49,351 bases of DNA from Octopus bimaculoides (Eukaryota), in the NCBI RefSeq assembly GCF_001194135.2, contig NC_068997.1:41278556-41327906 (forward strand), given 5' to 3'. The translations under genes and the position numbers were made by a program. This document shows, in pieces, positions 1-12,380 of this stretch; positions within the stretch are counted from its first letter, which is position 1, and every line of letters starts with the position of its first letter. The notes under the pieces are model-generated. The model was not told the DNA's origin. It made no database searches and saw only the letters and a list, made by a program, of their open reading frames with translations.

Positions 1-245
1 CATAAAGGCAGACGAAACACCGGTAAGCATTTCGCCCGGCGTGTTAACGTTTCTGCCAGCTCGCTGCCTGAAGTTAAATAATGGTTTCGAATTTTGGCAC
101 AAGGCCAGCAACTTCAGGAATAAGTAGATTATATCAACTTATTTTATAGACCCCAAAGGAATGAAAGGTAAAGTCAGCCTCAGCAGAATTTGAACCGAGA
201 ATGTAAAGGACGAGATACCGCTGAGCATTCCCCCTGCTGGTCGCC
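1..245 (-). mobile_element. Two tandem partial copies of tRNA-derived SINE family A
   Basis: Reverse complement of the family-A head (ctgccagctcg, atttgaac B-box) and central domain (gaccccaaaggaatgaaaggtaaagtc), as in the copies at 13041 and 36984. Confidence 0.75.
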
Positions 246-1339
246 TTAAATCTGGAGTTGAATAACGAGCTAATGGTTAGTTTACTTGGGTCTACTACTA
301 CGGGATTTATGTAATAAACTGGGTGCTAGTGTACTTGATATAATGAACCAAGAAATTTTGATTAATTAAAATTACACCTTTATTAATGAGAACAATTTAA
401 TTTCCTTTATGACAAACCTGAAATTTTAATTAGTTGAAATTAATTAAACATGGTATATTAATAAAGATTAATAAAAGGAAAGCAAAGGATTAATAAATGA
501 TGAGTGTGGTGTTTAATATAACCATGTCAACATCAGACATGTTTCTTATCAATGGATCTCAGTGAAGTGTTGTCTAATCCAACGTTTCCTCAAGTGGGTT
601 ACCGCGGGAGATCATCAAGGATTCCACGCAAATATTGATATATATATACATAAATATTGATATATATATACATAAAGAGACATTTTTGAGTAAATTTTTA
701 ATTTCATTCTTCATTCATAATTGTATCACAACGTTTGGTATATTCGAAATACTGGCATTTGTTGGTAGGGAACAGATTCTATAAGAAAAATAATCATTTA
801 AAAGGGAATTGCAAGGGAATCTGGTCTCAACAAGGTCTTGGTTAAGACGAAATTTCTTAAAACCTCTTTGTGATGTCTAATAGATTCCTTCACCTTCTTA
901 ATTCCTTTGACGCGTTTTTTCTTTTACTCTGTGCCGTGTAGAGCGGTTCTATTTCCCTAATTATTCTATAAGCTCCAAGACTGGGTAGTATGATGCGAAG
1001 GTTAGGTTGTTACCTATGCAGCGTGTCCACTCTTTATATCTCTTATGCATCTAGAGGAACACAACAGTCAATACAATTGGATACAGGCGTCGTCGTAAGA
1101 GTTACAAGAACCAGATTGTAGACAACGTCGAACTTCCCCAGGGGCTTCGACATCCGAATTTTTTCTCAGGGTTTGCTCAACTATATTTTATAGTCCCACT
1201 GTTGCTCCAGTTTTCATATAATCACCTTATATAGAGAAAATGCTTCAGATTGCATACAGACATGTTATGGAGCCCACTGTTGTCCCCGTCTCCACATGAG
1301 CATTTTATATCGCCCCACTGCTACAGTAGTCATATAACC

Positions 1340-1655
1340 ATCTTTATCTTTAAACTTAGACTGAGGCCATACTGGAACACCACCTTGGAGAAATTTAGTC
1401 AGATGGATCAACCCCAGTACTTATATTTTAAGCCCGATACTTATTCTATCGGTATCTTTTGCCGAACCACTAGGTTGCAGGGACGTAGACACACTGACAC
1501 TGGTTGCCAAGCAGTAGTGGGGACAAAGTCAAACACAAAGGCACACCCACACACATATACGTGGTCGGCTTTGGTCAGCTGGAGGCTATAGTAAACTGAA
1601 CCTTGAACCATGTGGTTGGGAAGCAAGCTTCTTACCACGCAACCATGTCTGTGCC
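1340..1655 (-). mobile_element. tRNA-derived SINE family B (internal CA/TG microsatellite), internally deleted
   Basis: Shares tcttttgccgaacc..aagttacagggacgtaaacac and gaaccatgtggttgggaagcaagcttcttaccac with 1680-1937, 28980-29371 and 30225-30608. Confidence 0.8.
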
Positions 1656-1679
1656 TATATAGATTATCGATCGCAGCCG

Positions 1680-1722
1680 TCTCTTTTCCTAACCGCAAAG
1701 TTACAGGGGACGTAAATACACC

Positions 1723-1757
<35 letters not shown>

Positions 1758-1937
1758 TCCAAAGGTTAAACAGAAAGAGCACAACGGTCTTCTTACAGTT
1801 TCCGTCTACTAAATCCACCCACATGGCTTTAGTCACAGATCGAGGCTGTAGTAGAAAACATTTGCCCAAGGTGCCACGCAGTGGGACTGAACCTAGAACC
1901 ATGTGATTGGGAAGCAAACTTCTTACCACATAGTCAC
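1680..1937 (-). mobile_element. SINE family B, tail-truncated copy tandem to the previous one
   Basis: Minus-strand tRNA-like head (ggttcagtcccactgcgtggcaccttgggcaa, CORE-like motif) followed by (TG)n. Confidence 0.8.
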
Positions 1938-2062
1938 ATCTACGAGTATGTATGTATGTGTATATGCGGACATCAATGTTTTGAAACTGACCTATTTTCC
2001 ATTTCATTTCAGACAGATACAGCGCTAAGTTGTTGAATGAAGCAGAAATATCATTATAACAA

Positions 2063-2215
2063 ATATTCTGCTCAATACCACAGATTTGCTTGTCCCTTGC
2101 TTGACCTTAACCACTTGAGCATGTCCCTTAGTGATTGACAATATGTGCATCAGCAGGAGCAGGGGGGAGCATCATAGTCATGTGTTGAGAGGGATTCTTT
2201 GAGGTTTGAATAAAA
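2063..2215. repeat. Unclassified interspersed repeat (second copy at 37390-37640)
   Basis: cacagatttgct..gatatgtgcatc..gcatcatag..tgtgttgagagggattcttt is shared between the two loci. Confidence 0.7.
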
Positions 2216-2720
2216 GTAACCAAAGAAAAGTTTGAAGGAAATACTATTGTTCATGCTTTTTAGGGATAAGCAAATAGGAAATAACAGTTTTTACAGAAAA
2301 ATAAAAGTCGTGTTACACAGTGTTATCATTACCTGTTCAGGTGTTCATCAACATTACCCACTGGCTTAGACAGAACCAGAAACTATGAACTGCTGCAATC
2401 GCTTTTGCAAATATCACGGATAAAACAACTGGTCAGAACTGGTCAGAACCATATTTGGCGACGTCAGAACCATATTTGGCGACGTCAGTGAGTGGTTATA
2501 TCACATGACCAGCGATGATTTTACGCAACTTGGATTCAGTTCGATCGACCAAAATATGAAAACATTATGGGGAACATAAAAAAAAGTTAATAATTGCCTG
2601 TTGATGATGGAGAAAACAGCGTAACAGAATAAATTAATGCTTCTTAAATAAAAAGTTATGTTCAGTCAGGATATAAACATTGGCCAGGGAAACATAAAAT
2701 GTTCGATTAATTTGTGAAAG

Positions 2721-2724
<4 letters not shown>

Positions 2725-2764
<40 letters not shown>
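2725..2764. repeat. (AAT)n microsatellite
   Basis: Direct reading. Confidence 0.95.
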
Positions 2765-3496
2765 GTTATTCCACACTAATGACAGGTGGAGAGGTCATAT
2801 AGCGGGTAGCCATGATATATGTGCGCACTGTTATTGAATTTTACATGTGTGTATGTGTATGTTTATTTATATGTGTGTCTATGTATGTGCGTATGTTTGT
2901 ATGTGTACGTGTGTGCGTGTGTTTGTATGTGTGTTTTTGTTTGTTCCAATTATAACCATGCTGTGATGTCGTTGCCAGAATGATTCAATAAAAGAAAATT
3001 AGTGATATATTTTTCTTTTGGAATTTAATGATAAAATTTGATAGAAATATTTCTGTAGAATGTCAGAAATTGAAGAAATAAGAAAACAATGAAAATTATA
3101 GTCGGAACCTTTCCGTATATGTATGGCTGCCATAAACTCGAAATTAATAGAAATCTGGTTTGAATAATGGGAGCGAAGACTAGAGGCCAGGTATTTAGAA
3201 TTTGCTCTCAAAGCGTTCGAGTGTTTCCTTTCAGTAAAACATTTTCACTACCAAGTAGACTGGCAGAAGGAAACCAATTATATTGGCTGTCTTGATATTA
3301 TTAGGCGGTTCTGATAAAATCGATAACTTGGTTTAAATTTAATTAAAAGAATGCAATGAACACAAATGCGTATCATTTAATTCAAACTTTAGTTGACATA
3401 GCATGAGGTTTCTATTCAATTCGTCTTTTAACCAAGAACGGGATATGTTGTTAGATGTAGAACTAATAAAACACACACATAATCACACAAACACGC

Positions 3497-3658
3497 ACGG
3501 ACTGTATGTACGTGTGTATCTCTGTGTGTGTGCGTGTGCGTGTGTATTTATGTGTGTGTGTATTTGTGTGTGTGTGTGCGTGTGTGTGTTTGCGTGTGTC
3601 TGCGTTCGTATTTCTGTGTGTGTGCGTGCATGCGTGCGTGCAGTCTCTGTGTGCGTGT
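3497..3658. repeat. Imperfect (TG)n microsatellite
   Basis: Direct reading. Confidence 0.9.
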
Positions 3659-4575
3659 GAAGGAGAACTGGTATCTGAAATGTAAATGTATTATTAAGTA
3701 AAAGGCAGTTATTATGGAAAAAGAAAATCTTTATATAGATCTCAGAAAGGACGCTGTTATGAATAGAGTTGGAGATAGAAATATAATTCCTTGTACAATT
3801 AAAAAGAATCCCATGCTCAATAGCTAAAAGAAGCCAACAGCATCATCAGCACCAGCAGCGCCAGCAACAACAGCATCACCAACAAAGACTACAACAACAG
3901 TAAAAACCGCATAAATAGTCAGCTCTTGTGAGTGACTGAGTCAATTGGAGAAAGAGAAACGCAGTTGAATCCAGTGATCACTAGCAGCCTCTTCCACTAT
4001 CTTACCACTTCGCTAAGTTTAATAATTGAGTAGCAGTGATTATAACAGTATTTACTTATTTACTTATTTATCTATTTACTGATTTATTAAACCAAGCATG
4101 ATAAAAAGTTAGGCAACAGACGAGAAATTTCACTTGAGAATTCAAAGAAACGAAACTCAATATTTGTTATGCCTTTAGCCCAGGGCACTCGTTTCTTTTT
4201 CTATTTCCATATAATGGTTTTGTTTAGCCTTAGACCATCTGTGATCTCACAGACCACTTTCAAAAACATTCGACTTGCGATTCACCAATTTTTATCAGGC
4301 ATAGGCACACATATATCTAGAACTATATTATGTAATGTGCCCGTCTAATTTTAAGACGATAAGATGCGGTATGAGGAGAGAGAAACTTGGTTATTATATT
4401 TAGCAGGTCAGTCGAGCGCGTATTTCATTCTGTCGGCGGCATTTACTCAGATCCACAAACTGGCAAGTGAGAGGATTGACTTGAGTCTTCGACTTCTGAT
4501 TGAGTTGTAGAGGCGTCGAAGGGACATACGGCGTGTCTGGACATCTAAACCTGATCGCTGAAGGTTTGTCCCAGG

Positions 4576-4826
4576 GAGAGAGAGAGAAAGACAGACACAT
4601 AGAGACAGTGTGACTGACTGACAGACAGTCAGACAGACAGAGGCAGGGACAGAGAGACTGACAGACAAATAGAGACAGAGACAGAGAGACTAACAGATAG
4701 ACAGACACGCACAGACAGATAGACAGTCAGTCTGTCAGTCAGACACACAGACAGATAGACACACACGCACACAGACAGAGATAGAGAGATAAACAGACAA
4801 AGATAGACACAGACAGACAGAAAGAC
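4576..4826. repeat. Compound (GA)n/(GACA)n/(GATA)n microsatellite
   Basis: Direct reading. Confidence 0.9.
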
Positions 4827-5019
4827 GATCTGGCAAAGCTGAAGAGTGAGGATTGCTCCCTCCTAATACGGTATATATAAGTACTTTATTTATAGACCTC
4901 CAAAGGCTGAAAGACCATCGCTAACCTTAACAAGGCATGAACTCAGGGCTCAAAGTCAGCCTTATTTTTTATTTTATTAAACATGGAAAGATAAAGTTAA
5001 CATTAACAGACAAAACGAA

Positions 5020-5460
5020 ATATTACAAGACATTGATACAGCACTTCGTTCTTTGTTTAACCAACTGCCCCAATGTAGGTGGTAGGTTAGATGGAACGTT
5101 ATGTCCAGGTTATAACATTAGAATGGGGTTAGTTAACATGTTGTTGTTGCGGATACAGTATAGGAATGAGGTTAGATGGAATGCAGTTAAGTGCTAGTTT
5201 ATGGCGATTGTTACAAAGTAGAGTGTAGCATGAGTTAATTGTCGTGGTTGCTGTTATTTAACCCCATGTTATCCTGTTCGAGCAGTTTTCTCATGGAAGG
5301 AGTTCCAACGAGGACCACACCGTCAATTTTGAAGATATATTTGAATACATTATCCAATATGTGCTTCTTTCTTCTCAAGATGATACGACTTAATGTGATT
5401 TGGTTGCTATTTCTTGCAAATCTGGCCACCATGGTGACATGAGGGGGAAGGTTGCTGCTA
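5020..5460 (-). mobile_element. Possible decayed Penelope-like element fragment (RT-to-GIY-YIG linker)
   Basis: Minus-strand translation FARN..RKKH..KYIFK..GTPSMRKLLEQDN and downstream TKNEVLYQC loosely resemble the PPFARN..KHF..IF..TPNM..HN..CLTKNVVYQC segment of invertebrate Penelope elements; weak match. Confidence 0.3.
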
Positions 5461-5486
5461 TTTCAGTTATGATCTTGAACTTATAT

Positions 5487-6438
5487 CCTGGTGATGATTG
5501 TAGACTACATAGATGACTGTATACAAAATAAATGGACCTCCGTCGGTTTCGACGATGAGAGTTCAGTTATTTCGATCAACAGAGCAAGGTACCCATTGCA
5601 TCAACATGAATGTGGCTGAGTATTCCACAGGCACGTGTACCTTTAATGTAAACCTTAAGGCGGAATCCGTGTGATAGAATGTTAAAAGGTTATGCCTTTA
5701 AATTACATGTCGTCATCGGCCCAGTCATTGTCTAATAGTACAGAATTTTCGCTTGACCGAAGTAAAACCATCAAGCTGTTAGTCAAGAACTCCACAGCCT
5801 TGTCAGTCATTCAATGTCCTGCTGCCGACGTCTTCACTGTAACTCTGACACGGGGGGCTAGCACTTGCCCAAAGTGTCACCTAGTCTAAGGACAGAGGGG
5901 CGACTTACTCTCCCTTTTACGGTCTGTCACTGATGTGGGGTCGCATACCGTACATGACTAGGAGTCAACTAACAAGTGAGCTGCTACTGCAGGGCAGCCT
6001 CATCGTCAACCTTACTCGTTGCACTCTTGTTCACCACTTGGCACTTGACGTAGAGGCCCAGGGGGGGCTGTCTAGTGGTGCAGGACAACGACAAATGCCT
6101 TATTCCCCGTCTGTGGACAGTCAAGTTCGACCTACGGCGGACAGCCGATGACGACGTGTAATTTAAAGGCCTGACCTTGTAAAATTCTATCACACGGATT
6201 TCGCCTTAAGGTTTACATTGAAGGTACACGTGCCTGTGGAATACTCAGCCACATTCATGTTGATGCAATGGTACCTTGCTCTGTTAATCGAAACTGAACA
6301 CTCATCGTCAAAACCGACGGAGATCCATTTATTTTGTATACAGTCACGGTGGTGCACCAGCATGACCGCAGCCACTTGGCTGAAACACATAAATAAATAA
6401 AAAAAAGTAATCTATGTAGTCTACGGTCATCTGACAGG
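5487..6438. mobile_element. Foldback / MITE-like structure: ~230 bp inverted arms (5487-5720 and 6144-6438) around a 423 bp spacer
   Basis: Left arm gatgattgtagactacatagatgactgtatacaaaataaatggacctccgtcgg...gtcgtcatcggc is the reverse complement of the right arm; the right arm carries a 64 bp SINE-tail insertion (6347-6410). No TSD found. Confidence 0.8.
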
Positions 6439-6563
6439 CTACTCTGCAGTTTCTGCCGACACGATTTCGCTCAGAAGGATTGTGTTACTTAAGATTCCGC
6501 ACAGTGGGATCCAAATTGAGACTTCGGGATTGCGAAGCGAGCGTCTTAACTATTCAGCTATAC
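6439..6563 (-). mobile_element. Diverged SINE family-B-like tRNA head
   Basis: Minus strand reads tagctgaatagttaagacgctcgcttcgcaatcccgaagtctc..atcccactgtgcgg..gaaactgcagagtagcctgtc, parallel to the family-B head. Confidence 0.55.
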
Positions 6564-6619
6564 AGTCTCCTGAATTGTACAGAATTGCATTAAATGACGG
6601 CATCGACTGAACAGTAGAT

Positions 6620-6702
6620 TTGTTGTTGTTACAGATGTCGTTGTTGCTGTTGTTGCTACTGCCGCTGCTGTCGTTGCTGCTGCTACTGCTGTTACTGCTT
6701 CT
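6620..6702. repeat. Imperfect (TTG)n/(CTG)n microsatellite
   Basis: Direct reading; explains the poly-Leu/Ser ORFs. Confidence 0.9.
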
Positions 6703-7054
6703 GTTTAACCCAAGGTCTAGTGGAGCAGATTTAGGGCCAAAAACATTGCAACCACGACCATACAGTCTTTCATTTATTTTTTTCTTTTTCAAATGTATTG
6801 TATTTGAGACTACAACATCAAACATATCTTTCTTTGTTTTTTTTCTTCTTTTTTTGTTTAAAGCGGTAGAGTATAATTTGAGGGTGATTTGACTGCTATT
6901 TTTACCAGGTTGAATGACAGCGTAAAGTTATAGCTATACCGGTAGCGTTGAATTAACTGATATCTGTTTATGTTGAATGGGCTGGGCTATTGGAATTTAA
7001 GTGAGTAGAATACTGTACTGATTACAAGATACTAACCACAACCTATCATCCCTG

Positions 7055-7190
7055 AATGGTACTTTATTTATAGACCCCCAGAAGGACGAAAGGTAAAGTT
7101 GACTTCAGTGGGATCTGATCTCAGAGCGCAGAAATCTGAAACAAATATTGCGAATCATTTTGTACTATTCTATAATGACTGCCAATTGAA
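7055..7190 (-). mobile_element. SINE family A partial
   Basis: tggtactttatttatagaccccc..gaaaggtaaagttgac central domain. Confidence 0.65.
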
Positions 7191-7619
7191 TCAGATATTA
7201 TTAAGTCTGCAGAATGATGTAACTATCACAGCTCCTTTTCAAAATGAGTTAAGTAAATTCTTAGATAATAACAGCATTAGTTAATCACTGCGCTTGATAT
7301 CTACTCTATATGATAAGGTGTGATATTATGTAGCAGATTCCGAGCATAAAACAAATCTCATTAAAATAAATCCTCCGTATTAATTTTAAAACCATTTACT
7401 GAGCCTGTCTAATATCAACAGTTTGCGGAAACGAATTTGCTGAGTGGATACATTATTGGAGTAGCTACTCATACATTGTGAGTTCAAATCATATGTAGTT
7501 CTTATGCTGTGTATCTAGGCAGAACAATTCATTCTTACTCCATATTTAACCTAAGTATGAAAAATAGTTTCCCAGATCTTTTCAGAATGTTACCAGTGAT
7601 AGGTTGAATTTAAACAATG

Positions 7620-8480
7620 TCTTTCTTTATTGGTTTGGTCTTGAAGAAATGGCTGTATTGAAGCCCTTCACATGCCCACCGGCAAGTGAGATCGATACAG
7701 TTAACCTTCTTCTCGAACAGTTGCAAGTTGACAGCTTCAGGAAAGAAAAGCAAATTATATATGCAGAGAAGGAATTTCAGAAAGCCGACGACCTATTTGT
7801 TAGTCATCACTTGTAAGTCTGGCCAAGACGAATACACTTCATTGGGGATCCCTGGCTACTTAAACATGGGAATATTGTGCATAAATGGTTTGTGCTGGAT
7901 CTTGAGTGTAGACACAACACGGATGACGAGAGGAGACGTGTGAATAGGAAGTACTTATATAGCGGTGGCACATGATCAGTCAGGTATGAGGAGCAGAGGC
8001 CATTGTGGTAGTGGTAGAGGAGACAGGAAGAAGAGAAAGCACTGCATCGGTCAATAATTTAATATCAAGCAATCAGATGGTCCTTTCTTAGCAAGTCGGA
8101 ATGTGTAACAGCCGTAACAGCAGCGTTGCAATTGAGTGAACAATACCTCATTGTGTGACTCATCTGAGCTTTGTTGTAAGGCGGGTGGTAGGAGTATTTC
8201 TCTGGTTCTGAAGAGGAAATCCAGGTTTTGCGATGCAGTCTTTGCAATGTTGAGGAAGTGCATTCGCCAAGGAAGGTCCTTAGCGAAGGTGAAACCTAGA
8301 ATTCGCAGCGATCTGGAGGATTCGTCTATTATGTTGAATGCTTAGATTGGGTGAGAATACGAAAATGTTTACTTGAGGTGTGTAAGGATTGTTTTTGTGC
8401 TGATGAAGACAAGTCCTATTAGAAATAGCAGCGAAATATTGGCGCAGACATTAAAAGTTGTTGTTGTCTGAGATAAACTG
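7620..8480 (-). mobile_element. Decayed CR1-group LINE, 3' part of ORF2 and tail
   Basis: Frameshifted minus-strand motifs HFLNIAKTASQNLDFLFRTR, KAQMSHTMRYCS, LLYHYHNGLCSSYLTDHVPP, FPEAVNLQLFEKKVNCIDL, then aataaagaaag; these match the post-RT region of CR1-like invertebrate LINEs. Confidence 0.7.
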
Positions 8481-8715
8481 TGTCTGAAAATACGGAATGA
8501 TTGTGGCTAGAAATCTTTTGATCACACACCTGCTAGATCAAAGCTGACCTGGGGATGAACAACAACATCAACAACAACTAGTTCTCAAAGTTCGCCTTTA
8601 AGTTAATGGCTTTTTTCAATATTTGTCAATTAGGAGTCAAATTACAGAATCCATCATGTTTACAAACATTGAAGTAAAAACATGTGAGAGTAAGTGTGAG
8701 AAAAAATGAAAGAGT

Positions 8716-8841
8716 GTGTGTGTGCGTGTGNNNNNNNNNNNNNNNNNNNNNNNNNNNNNNNNNNNNNNNNNNNNNNNNNNNNNNNNNNNNNNNNNNNNNN
8801 NNNNNNNNNNNNNNNNNNNNNNNNNNNNNNNNNNNNNNNNN

Positions 8842-8916
<75 letters not shown>
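8716..8916. repeat. (TG)n microsatellite spanning assembly gap 8731-8841
   Basis: Direct reading. Confidence 0.95.
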
Positions 8917-8918
<2 letters not shown>

Positions 8919-9743
8919 TTTGTGTTGTGTTGTATTGTGTCTAACTCCCACCTCTCTTCACCATTATGTGCTTAACATTAAAACCAAATATGTCCAACAT
9001 TGGGATCAAGAACTAACTGCAGTCATCGAGGCACATTACATGCCGTTGTCGTCTGCTGTATTTGTGGATATTATAGCAGATAATGAATGCTATATTAGTT
9101 ACTTCGGCGACTCTCTCAACTGAGTGAAAAAAAGATTCCTTAAAATAGTCCTTTCGCTTCTGCATCTTAAAGAATTCAAGGAATTCTTATTTTATTTTTA
9201 TTTTCTAAAATAGAAAGACATATCAAAGAAAATATCTTTAAATGAATGTAATCATTTATAGAACCCAACTGAGAAGAGAATAAGAGAATAATCAATAAGT
9301 ATACTCTTTTTAGAACGAAGTCCTTCTCAGAAGTTGAATAAAACTAATCAGAAGTAAGAGTATCCATAGAAACGATGCAATGTAAACGTAGTTTTGTTCG
9401 ACGCAGTTCAAGGATATATTGTGTTTAGTTAAGATAAATAGTTAAGCTCCCATCGAAAAAGACCCTTTAAAGATATGTTTAACTGTTCTACAGAGTTATC
9501 CGAGATTAACTAACATTTATAACCAAAGTTTTAGAAGTCATGGCTGAAGTAACCGAGGAGTTCCACCTGGATCTGGTCACGGACTGAACTGGTTGTGACA
9601 CCTGAGATACCTTGGCTCTGGTGTAATTCATCGACTCAGGAAGGCTGTTATGCAGACAAATGCACAGAGTGTGACAGATAAGGGGTATGCAAGAGTCTTG
9701 ACCAGGACGCTGTCCGGACTCTTTAGAGTCGTAAAGAATTAAG

Positions 9744-10052
9744 GGCCGAAACACCAGAACGTTCGTCGATATCGACATTTTTTCGGCCATCTTGGAAACA
9801 TCTGAACCACCTGTACACTTGTATGCAGTTCATACACTTTCTGCAACTTTGCGTAGGCCTCTGAGCAGGTATCGCCAAGACAACTTTCTCTGTCATGGTC
9901 AATGCGACGACCACATGCTATACACCTTCCTTCCATGCACTGCTCTAAACAGCAGAAGTTAGCTAGAACGTTAAAACTTGGTATGCATGCACAACAGAGT
10001 TCGAGGCTTCACTCTGTATGCTTTTAGCTTTGTTACTATTGATCAGACCTCG
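9744..10052 (-). mobile_element. Mariner 5' fragment (TIR plus N-terminal HTH)
   Basis: Minus strand begins ta-cgaggtctgatcaatag (mariner-type TIR with TA); translation LGDTCSEAYAKLQKVY / QVYRWFRCFQDGRKNVDIDERSG. Confidence 0.75.
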
Positions 10053-10589
10053 TATTCAGTTCAGTAGACAACATCTGCTCCAACACATCATCTATATATG
10101 TGTAAGAACAAATTATAGAATGTAACAGAAATTTATACAGGATAAAGGTGTCACCAACAGGCTGAGGTGCACCAAATTCCAAGTAGCGTAGTGGACAGAG
10201 ACAACAACAGGACTTTTTGCTTCGTACACAGGATATATTTTAAGATGGAAAAGAATGGTGCAATCATGACAAAATTGGAAGCGCATTGTGACCAGTAGTG
10301 TGTAACATCTGATGGCCTTATCGATACTGTGATACTGTGCTATTGGATATATATGGTGGTGGTGGCCGATCTTCGGATAAAACCATGGAAGTTGCGTTTC
10401 CATGTGGTTTTCCCACCATTGCTGTTACTATTTGTCGGCTACAACTTCTGACAGAAGGACTCCTGGTCTTTATTTTTTTGGTCTCTTTTGTTTATTTAGA
10501 AAGCAAGGAATGAGAATTGAACTCAGAACTCACAGAGTTGGAACAGATCTTGCATACTTCTCTTCTGGTGCTCTAACCGTTCTGCACAT

Positions 10590-10740
10590 ACACCGACCAG
10601 GACTGGTATTTAATTTATAGAAACTGAAAAGATGAAAGGTAAAGTTAGCCTCGACAGGATTTGAAACAGCCTCGAGAGGATTTGAAGCAGCCTCGACAGG
10701 ATTTGAAACAGCCTCTCCTACGTTGCCAGTGCACCGCTTT
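10590..10740 (-). mobile_element. SINE family A partial with triplicated 21 bp B-box unit
   Basis: ctggtatttaatttatag..aaagatgaaaggtaaagtt then agcctcgacaggatttgaaac x3 (10647-10715). Confidence 0.7.
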
Positions 10741-10744
10741 ATAA

Positions 10745-11530
10745 CGTAGAAGGTGCATTCCAGAAGTTTTCAAACTTTCTCAGGAGAGACATTTGTTAGT
10801 TTCAAAGAAGTACAGAACTCTAATTTCTTTCAAAGTAGGATCCTCTGACATCAATGTACTTTTTGTGAAGGTCAGTGGAGGGTCTCCAAAGTGAAAATGT
10901 CCAGAACCCTCGTCACAGCCTTCTTCATCTTCAAAACAACTTCCCCTGAAGTTTCCTTCAATTTGAGGAACAACCAAAACTCACAGGGAGCAAGATTTGA
11001 ACTGCAGGAAGGAGGAGGGACAGTTTTGATGCCTATCTCTGCCAAGTTGTTGGTTACCAGGATGCTTGTCACTGAATACTCTGGAAACAAATTTTACTCA
11101 AATTTTGCGCCTCTTAAGATCTTCATGAATAATTCTGTGTTAATTTCAAACTGTACGCCTTATTGTCTTTATATAAAACACGATAGTCTTCATCCAAAAG
11201 TTGCAAATTTTCTCAACCATTTCTGATGTTTTGACATCTCTCTCTCTCTCCTACACCTCTCATCGTCTTTCACTGCCTCTCTACCGTTCTTGAACCGCTT
11301 GTACCAGCGAAAAAGTTAATCGAAAAGCAGTTTGGAGCATCTCATAAGTTTCTGTATCATTTTTACCAACCCTTAACACAAAAAACTTTATTGCATAACG
11401 AGTTCCAAACGTCTGCATTCTAAAAATTAGTTGTGACAAGGAGTGCTTAGTAGGGTGTATTCAAAGAACTGTTACAGTCACCTCTTCTTCAGTTTGGAAT
11501 AACAAACGTTGGCAGGTCAGCTTATTAGAT
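10745..11530 (-). mobile_element. Internally deleted mariner transposon
   Basis: N-terminal YAIKFF..GKNDTETYEMLQTAF..RWYKRFKNGREAVKDDER (11430-11250); C-terminal PPPSCSSNLAPCEFWLFLKLKE (decayed HPPYSPDLAPxD motif); TIR-like end at 10745. Confidence 0.8.
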
Positions 11531-12273
11531 ATATAGTAATGATATACTGGCATTACAATAAGCTATGATAATTACATCTAGCTCGAAGATAATAATCACA
11601 AAGATAATAATCACCAAGAATGCCACATTGCGATTGTGAGCGATTCAATTGAAAATAAACAGTGAAATTGATCCCTAATCAAAGACAATACAAGGTTCCA
11701 CTGTTGGTGCCATTATTAACCTATGATGTAACTTGTTTGTCATAAAGTGACAGCAACCGTACGTGAAAAATTGATAAAGCATATAGTAACTGTTACTTAG
11801 TTATCAATGACACAGCGAGAGTTGTAACATGTGTCACTGAAAAGAAATTACTGGAATGCTTGATTATCTAACTTGACCCCATAACAGAAGATGATAAACC
11901 GAAACTCATTATCTTATCTAATAAATATACATAATAAAATATAGACGCTTTTTAAAAACAAATTAAGGTTAGTGTTATGGCTAGATTATAGTTCTGCCAA
12001 AAGAAGAAAGATAGTAGCCTTGAGTTTTGCGATGCCTCTAAGACTTTTGGGGTGATATGGAAGTAATAGAAAAAAACACCTCAGTAAAAAGCAATGCTTC
12101 AAGTTATTCGCAAACGAAAGACCTAATATAAATACATACGAAAGAGCTGACACTGCTCAGATAGTAAAGACCCTTAAGTTCTTAATTTTTTCTTTGTTTA
12201 ACAAAATAAAAACAAAAGTTAAATTGTTTACAGAATATTTAAGCTAAAATTTCAGACAAGTTCTACAGTAAGG

Positions 12274-12380
12274 ACATTTCTGGCATTTTTACGTTTTAAG
12301 TTCAAATCTAGCTGCAGTCAACTTTGCCTTATATCCTTCAGAGGTCGATATTATACAGCACCAGTGAAGCACTGGGCCAA
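12274..12380 (+). mobile_element. SINE family A partial
   Basis: gttcaaatct..gtcaactttgccttatatccttcagaggtcgat..caccagt. Confidence 0.6.

Noticed and set aside
7647-7812. Apparent plus-strand exon with AG acceptor, open frame (MAVLKPFTCPP..) and GTAAGT donor
   Set aside because: The minus strand is the 3' end of the CR1-group LINE (FPEAVNLQLFEKKVNCIDL), so the frame is antisense to a repeat. Exonisation cannot be excluded without RNA data.
9506-9740. Minus-strand ORF running on from the mariner fragment
   Set aside because: Only the part above ~9744 has transposase motifs; the rest matches nothing in any frame.
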